IMG/VR virus record: IMGVR_UViG_2548876938_000007 | DNA: 3,786 nt | DNA from: a virus | Lineage: Duplodnaviria > Heunggongvirae > Uroviricota > Caudoviricetes | Direction: 5' to 3' (one strand) | Part shown: positions 1 to 3,786 of the stretch, piece after piece | Layout of the letters: each line of letters opens with the position of its first letter | How positions within the stretch are numbered: the first letter of the stretch is position 1 | Position numbers and translations under genes: made by a program | Notes under the pieces: model-generated | What the model saw: only the letters and a program-made list of their open reading frames with translations | Databases searched by the model: none | Told to the model about the DNA's origin: nothing

Positions 1-996
1 TTATGGACGCATTATGGACATTCCTGACACCGGGTTAAGAGTCACAGCATCTTGTAAGAAATCCGGTGCAAAGTGTGCGTAGGTCATAGTTTGCTGAATG
101 TTAGAATGACCCAGGATGCGCTGCAATGTGATTATGTTACCTCCATTCATTATAAAATGTGTGGCAAATGTATGCCTCAAAACATGCACTGCCTGTCCGT
201 CAGGTAAATCGGGTTTTACTTCCCTGAGAGCGTTACGCACTTTGTAGTAACTGGCATTAAAAAGCCTGCCTGAATTTTTGGTCTTGATCCGTTTAATCAG
301 ATCCTGCGAAACGGGAATTGTCCTGCGCTTTCCGTTTTTAGTTTTCATAAACGTAACCATCTGGTTAATGATGTGTTCAGCTTTTAAATTAGACACTTCA
401 CTCCAGCGTCCACCAGTAGAAAGGCAGACCAGAGTTGCATTTAATTCATCACCATCGAGCATGGATAACAGCCGCGTAATCTCTTCACTGGACAAAAAAG
501 CCATTTCCGTAACAGCTTCACGTAACCGCTTAACCTCACGGAACGGGTTATGAGAGTGGTATTCACCGGCGTCAATTAACTTGGTGAACATACCGCTCAT
601 TATTGCCAGATGACGATTTACGCTGGCTGGTTTTAGACCATCGTTCATCATTACAACGCGATAATCAGTTATCGTTTTCTTTGTTAGCTGGTCAGCTCTG
701 GACACTCCCATTTCTGCAAATTTGGCGATTATTGTCGTTAAACGCCCCCGTTCAATATCCCCCCGCTCATGCGATTTTCCGTGATATATCCACCATCGGC
801 CTAACAACTCGGTAAGAGTTCGGCGATCGGCTGGTTTCTCTATCCACTCTTTGTTGTGGTAGTTAACCAGAACATGACGCTCGAATGCTTGAGCTTCACC
901 TTTAGTTTTAAATTTCCGCCTGATACGTTTTCCATCTGCACCCTGCGGCCTGACGTCCACTTCATAACGACCATCATCGAGCTTTTTAATAGACAT
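1..996 (-). CDS. int: Tyrosine-type site-specific integrase (phage integrase family), 331 aa
   Basis: Complete ORF on the minus strand: ATG at 996..994, stop TAA at 3..1. SD-like GGAGGG (complement of 1002..1007) lies 4 nt upstream of the ATG. The C-terminal region carries the tyrosine recombinase signature (VLRHTFATHF ... LGHSNIQQTMTYAHF with the presumed catalytic Tyr). N-terminus MSIKKLDDGRYEVDVRP resembles P2/186-type integrases. Confidence 0.93.
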   Translation of the reverse strand: MSIKKLDDGRYEVDVRPQGADGKRIRRKFKTKGEAQAFERHVLVNYHNKEWIEKPADRRTLTELLGRWWIYHGKSHERGDIERGRLTTIIAKFAEMGVSRADQLTKKTITDYRVVMMNDGLKPASVNRHLAIMSGMFTKLIDAGEYHSHNPFREVKRLREAVTEMAFLSSEEITRLLSMLDGDELNATLVCLSTGGRWSEVSNLKAEHIINQMVTFMKTKNGKRRTIPVSQDLIKRIKTKNSGRLFNASYYKVRNALREVKPDLPDGQAVHVLRHTFATHFIMNGGNIITLQRILGHSNIQQTMTYAHFAPDFLQDAVTLNPVSGMSIMRP

Positions 997-1089
997 AAAG
1001 CCCTCCGATGATGCTGTTTACTGCTACTACTTGAAAATTAATGCAATTTTCTTTCGTACATTTACTGCACACATATGCTGAATAAATCG

Positions 1090-1389
1090 TCAGCCAGTCT
1101 TTTGGTCTGAGTGGTGCAAGGTTGTTGAGTCTTGCCCAATGTGTGCGAGAGCTGGGGCTATTTGACCAGCTGCGGGATCAGTTTCATCAAACATGAACCA
1201 ATCACGGTATTTACGGAATCTTGGATGTTTTAGAAGTCGCACCACTGCATCATGTGAAATAGATGATTTCCCATTTTCGTACCCTACATACGTAACGTAA
1301 TTAATACCTGTCATTTCAGCTACTTCCTTCTTCTTGAGCCGTTCAGACTCACGGATAAGTTTTAGCTTTTCACGAATCTCAATTGACAT
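1090..1389 (-). CDS. C: Immunity repressor, P2 C-like, 99 aa with N-terminal helix-turn-helix
   Basis: ORF on minus strand, ATG at 1389..1387, stop TGA at 1092..1090. Length is exactly 99 aa, as in P2 repressor C. HTH-like segment KKEVAEMTGINYVTYVGYENGK. C-terminal GQIAPALAHIGQ...SDQKTG matches my recollection of the P2 C C-terminus. Position immediately upstream of int and divergent from cox is as in P2. Confidence 0.85.
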   Translation of the reverse strand: MSIEIREKLKLIRESERLKKKEVAEMTGINYVTYVGYENGKSSISHDAVVRLLKHPRFRKYRDWFMFDETDPAAGQIAPALAHIGQDSTTLHHSDQKTG

Positions 1390-1493
1390 AATGAATCAGA
1401 TCTCTTATTTTTAATCCGTTGTGATATTCCACATCTAACTCTAGTCAACTCCAACTAGCTTTAGTTAGTGGGGCCAATTAGGAGAATAGCAAA
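1383..1493. promoter_or_regulatory. Lysis-lysogeny switch region: candidate early promoter (rightward), candidate repressor promoter (leftward) and operator-like repeats
   Basis: Rightward candidate: -35 TTGACA at 1383..1388 (overlapping the repressor start codon), 17-nt spacer, -10 TATTTT at 1406..1411. Leftward candidate: -35 TTGACT (complement of 1443..1448), 16-nt spacer, -10 TATCAC (complement of 1421..1426), a weak -10. Repeats: AACTC at 1437..1441 and 1447..1451 (10 bp apart), AACTAG at 1453..1458, and an imperfect inverted repeat CTAACTCTAG (1435..1444) / CTAAAGTTAG (1459..1468). Exact promoter and operator assignments are not resolvable by eye. Confidence 0.5.
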
Positions 1494-1850
1494 ATGAATG
1501 TCGGATCTGAAATTTCTGACGAGACAAGACAAGAACTCTCCGTTCTCACAAAAGCAAAGCGTGATTCCGTTAAATTGGCGGCGGCACCATCAGACTTGCT
1601 GTCGAAAGAAGGTTTTGCGCTTTACATCGGCAAGACACCACGAGCGGTGGCTGAAATGGCGAAAGCAGGAAAGCTGCCAGCCTTTTACATGACAGACCCA
1701 TTAAAGCCGGGAGGTCATGCTGAGTTATGGATTAATCGGCGTGAGTGGGACAAGTACGCAGCACAGCTAGTCGAAGAAGCTCCATCAGAATGGCACGACT
1801 GGAAAAATCGCATTAGTTACAGCAAATCAAGACATGGCCGTGCGGCTTAA
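1494..1850 (+). CDS. cox: Cox-like excisionase / early-promoter regulator, 118 aa
   Basis: ATG at 1494 is preceded by AGGAGA (1480..1485) with 8-nt spacing; stop TAA at 1848..1850. The central segment FALYIGKTPRAVAEMAKAGKLPAFYMTDP...AELWINRREW resembles the P2 Cox HTH-like core as I recall it. It is the first gene of the rightward operon, divergent from the repressor. About 27 aa longer at the N-terminus than P2 Cox (91 aa). Confidence 0.75.
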   Translation: MNVGSEISDETRQELSVLTKAKRDSVKLAAAPSDLLSKEGFALYIGKTPRAVAEMAKAGKLPAFYMTDPLKPGGHAELWINRREWDKYAAQLVEEAPSEWHDWKNRISYSKSRHGRAA

Positions 1851-1860
1851 GGTGGACAGG

Positions 1861-2031
1861 ATGAATGAGCCGCGTTGTATTGCTCAGTTATTGCGTAACG
1901 AAAGCCCCAGGGCGATTGATTTCACCATCACCCACGGGAAGGGTCGCAAAGGAATCATTATCCGCACTAAAAAACAGAGTCCATTAAAGAAGGCTCTGAC
2001 CTTTCTGAAAAGCCGGAGGGTATGGAAATGA
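1861..2031 (+). CDS. Small basic hypothetical protein, 56 aa (position equivalent to P2 orf78)
   Basis: ORF-track ORF 1834..2031, but the ATG at 1834 lies inside cox with no SD. The ATG at 1861 is preceded by AAGGTGGA (1849..1856). Stop TGA at 2029..2031 overlaps the next start (ATGA at 2028..2031), suggesting translational coupling. No recognisable domain. Confidence 0.45.
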   Translation: MNEPRCIAQLLRNESPRAIDFTITHGKGRKGIIIRTKKQSPLKKALTFLKSRRVWK

Positions 2032-2528
2032 CAGTGATGACGCTCAATCTCGTTGAAAAACAGCCAGCAGCTATGCGCCGGATAATTGGTAAGCATCTGG
2101 CCGTCCCTCGCTGGCAGGAGACATGCGATTATTATAATCAGATGATGGAACGCGAACGGCTAACGGTTTGCTTCCATGCGCAGTTAAAACAGCGTCACGC
2201 AACGATGCGTTTTGAAGAAATGAACGACGTCGAACGTGAACGACTGGTTTGTGCAATTGATGAATTGCGTGGCGCATTCTCAAAACGCCGTCAGGTCGGC
2301 GCAAGTGAGTATGCATATATTAGTTTTTTAACAGTCAGTCAGCGTCGTACTTTATTTATGCATGCGGGATTGACAGAAAAAGAATTCAATCAGCCGTACT
2401 GGCGAATTAATGAAGAATCATGTTACTGGCGTGATGCTTTATTCCGTGCATTACGTGAATTATTCAGTCTGTTTGAGTATGCACCGACAATTCTGACGTC
2501 GGTAAAACCAGAGCAATATCTGCATTAA
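2028..2528 (+). CDS. B: Replication gene B-like protein, 166 aa (assignment by synteny and length)
   Basis: ORF track gives 2022..2528 (168 aa), but GGAGGG at 2015..2020 is only 1 nt from ATG 2022 and 7 nt from ATG 2028, so 2028 is the likelier start. It overlaps the upstream stop as ATGA. 166 aa equals the size of P2 gpB and the position between cox and the small-ORF cluster is the same. I cannot confirm sequence similarity from memory. Confidence 0.65.
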   Translation: MTVMTLNLVEKQPAAMRRIIGKHLAVPRWQETCDYYNQMMERERLTVCFHAQLKQRHATMRFEEMNDVERERLVCAIDELRGAFSKRRQVGASEYAYISFLTVSQRRTLFMHAGLTEKEFNQPYWRINEESCYWRDALFRALRELFSLFEYAPTILTSVKPEQYLH

Positions 2529-2549
2529 ATAATTAACCAGAGTTTTTAA

Positions 2550-2577
2550 CGCACTTAATCGTGCGGGGCTTCTTTTT
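2550..2577 (+). terminator. Weak hairpin followed by T-rich tract between the B-like gene and the next ORF (possible attenuator or partial terminator)
   Basis: Stem CGCAC (2550..2554) pairs with GTGCG (2561..2565) around loop TTAATC, followed after GGGC by TCTTTTT (2571..2577). Short stem and a gap before the T-run make this weak. Confidence 0.2.
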
Positions 2578-2591
2578 GCCTGGAGAAAGTC

Positions 2592-2816
2592 ATGCATACA
2601 GTTTCTGAAAATCAGTGCGGTAAATACGCATTACTGCTGCAACAGGCCAGAACCGAAGCACAGGCCGATGCTGCGACGCGCTTTTCTTCTCATCTTGACG
2701 CCATGATTCGCCACATCACCAAGGCGGAGTTATCCCGCGTGGAGATAGTTGAGCTGCTCAGTCAGGAGTCGGAAAAATTTCACAATATCGGATTGTCTCG
2801 CGGGGAGGTGCTTTGA
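2592..2816 (+). CDS. Hypothetical small protein, 74 aa (position equivalent to P2 orf80)
   Basis: ATG at 2592 preceded by GGAGAA (2582..2587); stop TGA at 2814..2816 overlaps the next ATG (TGATG). No domain recognised. Confidence 0.7.
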   Translation: MHTVSENQCGKYALLLQQARTEAQADAATRFSSHLDAMIRHITKAELSRVEIVELLSQESEKFHNIGLSRGEVL

Positions 2817-3118
2817 TGTCCTGTTCTCGTTCGGTTGTATTACTGAATAACGCCTTAAAAATCGCCGTTATGAAAAATGGTGATTTGTCTCTTATTCAAC
2901 TTGGTATTGATAAAGAGAAGCGCGAAATAACTGAATCTGTTATCGCGATTTATCAGAGTGAATTAAACCTCCTGTCTGATGTGGTCAATTTACTTGTTAA
3001 ACGCGCTGTATTCCACAAGCAAATTTCCTCAGTGGATGAACTGACAAAATTAACGACAGAACTCGCCAGTTATTGCGCTGATGAATTTAAGAAGCTGAAC
3101 GACAAAAGGAGCTGGTAA
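2816..3118 (+). CDS. Hypothetical protein, 100 aa, AT-rich, predicted helical (position equivalent to P2 orf81)
   Basis: ORF track starts at TTG 2813, but ATG 2816 is preceded by GGGGAGGTG (2802..2810) at 5-nt spacing and overlaps the upstream stop. Stop TAA at 3116..3118 overlaps the next ATG (TAATG). Hand-counted GC is about 33-38% in three 60-nt blocks (2821..3000) versus about 47-57% in neighbouring ORFs. Confidence 0.7.
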   Translation: MSCSRSVVLLNNALKIAVMKNGDLSLIQLGIDKEKREITESVIAIYQSELNLLSDVVNLLVKRAVFHKQISSVDELTKLTTELASYCADEFKKLNDKRSW

Positions 3119-3342
3119 TGCCGGACAACGTGGATTTTATTCAGGAACAACAGGCTGAATTACTGGAGCGCCAGATTAACGCGGCAAGGGTAAAACATTG
3201 CGGTGTTTCTGCGCTGGTTTGCGAAGAGTGTGACGCGCCAATACCTGCTGCCCGTCGTGCGGCTTATCCGTCAGCCACGCGTTGTGTTTCCTGTCAGTCA
3301 GTCTTTGAAGCAAAAAACAAACATTACCGGAGAACGGCATGA
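3118..3342 (+). CDS. TraR/DksA-family C4-type zinc-finger protein, 74 aa (position equivalent to P2 orf82)
   Basis: ATG at 3118 preceded by AAGGAG (3106..3111) at 6-nt spacing. Two Cys pairs, C-x2-C (CEEC) and C-x2-C (CVSC) about 20 residues apart, plus the motif PIPAARR...C..CQ and a C-terminal KHYRR, closely resemble F-plasmid TraR and phage TraR-like proteins. Confidence 0.85.
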   Translation: MPDNVDFIQEQQAELLERQINAARVKHCGVSALVCEECDAPIPAARRAAYPSATRCVSCQSVFEAKNKHYRRTA

Positions 3343-3614
3343 GTATTCGTATTGAAATTGGCGAACGTTATGTCGTTACCAGTGACAGCTTTCAGTTTAT
3401 TCTCCACGAGAAAAAGAGAGCGGAAAGCGGTAAAAACGCCGGTCAGGAATGGCTGGCGGTGGTTGGTTATTACCCGAAATTAGGCCAGCTCGTTTCCGGC
3501 CTGATGCATCACGATATTCTGACCGGAAGCGCAAAATCTTTTGCTGATTTAAACGCGCAGGTTGAGCAACTCAGCAAGCGTTGTTCAGAGGCTTTTGGCT
3601 CATATGGCCGTTAA
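3339..3614 (+). CDS. Hypothetical protein, 91 aa (position equivalent to P2 orf83)
   Basis: ATG at 3339 overlaps the upstream stop (ATGA); GGAGAA at 3329..3334 lies 4 nt upstream. Stop TAA at 3612..3614. No domain recognised. Confidence 0.7.
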   Translation: MSIRIEIGERYVVTSDSFQFILHEKKRAESGKNAGQEWLAVVGYYPKLGQLVSGLMHHDILTGSAKSFADLNAQVEQLSKRCSEAFGSYGR

Positions 3615-3773
3615 AGCCTCCGGGCGTTTTGTCCCTCCGTCAGCATTTACCGCAGGCACCGGTAAGGCGTTTACCGGCACCGGCTCACCAAAGGTGAATG
3701 CCTCCATTTTCGGGGCGCTGGCGGTCATTTTTTTTGCCGCAGGTTGCGGTGTTTTCCCTTTTTTCTTGCTCAT
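3600..3773 (-). pseudogene. Q: Possible 5' fragment of a portal protein gene (P2 gpQ-like N-terminus), 57 codons then stop
   Basis: Minus-strand ATG (complement of 3771..3773) is preceded by GGAG at 8-nt spacing (TGGAGTTTTACTGATG, complement of 3771..3786). Translation MSKKKGKTPQPAAKKMTASAPKMEAFTFGEPVPV resembles the N-terminus of P2-family portal proteins as I remember them, then diverges (NALPVPAVNADGGTKRPEALTAI) and stops at 3600..3602. Too short for the ORF track. The assignment is from memory only. Confidence 0.3.
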
Positions 3774-3786
3774 CAGTAAAACTCCA
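3604..3786 (+). CDS. A: 5' end of a replication initiator gene A-like ORF, open to the window edge; possibly truncated or chimeric after about codon 25
   Basis: ATG at 3604 overlaps the end of the upstream ORF by 11 nt. The frame is open to position 3786, which is why the ORF track did not list it. The first 25 residues MAVKASGRFVPPSAFTAGTGKAFTG match my recollection of the P2 gpA N-terminus; the following TGSPKVNASIFGALAVIFFAAGCGVFPFFLLISKTP is Phe-rich and hydrophobic and corresponds to the antisense of a lysine-rich ORF start on the other strand. Confidence 0.5.
   Translation, partial: MAVKASGRFVPPSAFTAGTGKAFTGTGSPKVNASIFGALAVIFFAAGCGVFPFFLLISKTP

Larger units (their letters stand above)
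1..3786. mobile_element. P2-like (Peduovirus-type) prophage or phage segment: integration/immunity plus early replication module
   Basis: Gene order int(-), repressor(-), switch, cox(+), small ORF, B-like, three small ORFs including a TraR-like zinc finger, small ORF, A-like start matches the P2 early region as I remember it. Protein sizes also match (repressor 99 aa, B-like 166 aa). Confidence 0.85.

Noticed and set aside
278-553. 91-aa plus-strand ORF from the ORF track
   Set aside because: It lies entirely antisense within the integrase gene, has no SD and no recognisable motif. Most likely a chance open frame opposite a real gene.
603-815. 70-aa plus-strand ORF from the ORF track
   Set aside because: Antisense within the integrase gene, no SD, low-complexity translation. 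Treated as spurious.
1498-1692. 64-aa plus-strand ORF in the +1 frame overlapping cox
   Set aside because: It starts 4 nt after the cox ATG in another frame, and its product is Arg/His/Cys-rich with no motif. The cox frame carries the homology and the SD.
1834-1860. ORF-track start at ATG 1834 for the small ORF after cox
   Set aside because: This ATG lies inside the cox coding sequence with no SD. The ATG at 1861 has an AAGGTGGA motif upstream, so the shorter 56-aa form is preferred.
2022-2027. ORF-track start at ATG 2022 for the B-like gene
   Set aside because: The SD GGAGGG at 2015..2020 is only 1 nt from this ATG. The ATG at 2028 has 7-nt spacing, overlaps the upstream stop as ATGA, and gives 166 aa.
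1884-2096. 70-aa minus-strand ORF
   Set aside because: Antisense to the small ORF and the start of the B-like gene, inside a translationally coupled plus-strand operon. No SD and no motif.
2071-2316. 81-aa minus-strand ORF
   Set aside because: Antisense within the B-like gene, Arg/His-rich translation typical of a chance frame. No SD.
2813-2815. ORF-track TTG start at 2813
   Set aside because: The adjacent ATG at 2816 has proper SD spacing and overlaps the upstream stop, so the TTG start is unnecessary.
1-3786. Possibility that the element is a P4-like satellite or an integrative conjugative element because of the integrase plus small regulators
   Set aside because: The 99-aa C-like repressor, Cox-like protein, B-sized protein, TraR-like zinc finger and A-like start in this order are the P2-type early region. 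No P4 alpha primase, delta or sid-like genes and no conjugation genes are present in the window.
1-3786. Search for tRNA, CRISPR repeats, IS terminal inverted repeats, or known defence-system genes
   Set aside because: No cloverleaf-compatible tRNA-like segment, no regularly spaced direct repeats and no transposase-like ORF were seen. The typical P2 defence hotspots (tin/old and Z/fun loci) would lie outside this window.

Overview
This window reads as the lysogeny and early-replication module of a P2-like (Peduovirus-type) temperate phage or prophage, and the gene order matches P2 almost gene for gene. A tyrosine integrase (1..996) and a 99-aa immunity repressor (1090..1389) run leftward. A 104-bp switch region follows, then a rightward, tightly packed early operon: cox-like regulator, a small basic ORF, a 166-aa B-like protein, three small ORFs (the middle one a TraR/DksA-type C4 zinc-finger protein), a fourth small ORF, and the 5' end of a gene A-like replication initiator. 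The most unusual observation is at the right edge (about 3600..3786). The A-like reading frame appears to run, after about 25 codons, into the antisense of a lysine-rich ORF start on the opposite strand that looks like the N-terminus of a P2-family portal protein. This could be a deletion or rearrangement joint that removed the replication initiator, the cos region and most of the portal gene. Secondary observations are a markedly AT-rich small ORF (2816..3118) inside the early operon, an N-terminally extended Cox, and repeat structure in the switch and int-C spacer regions. I saw no tRNA, rRNA, CRISPR array or IS element. All family assignments rest on reading the translations and on remembered family features, not on database searches, and no recognisable defence system is visible in this window.
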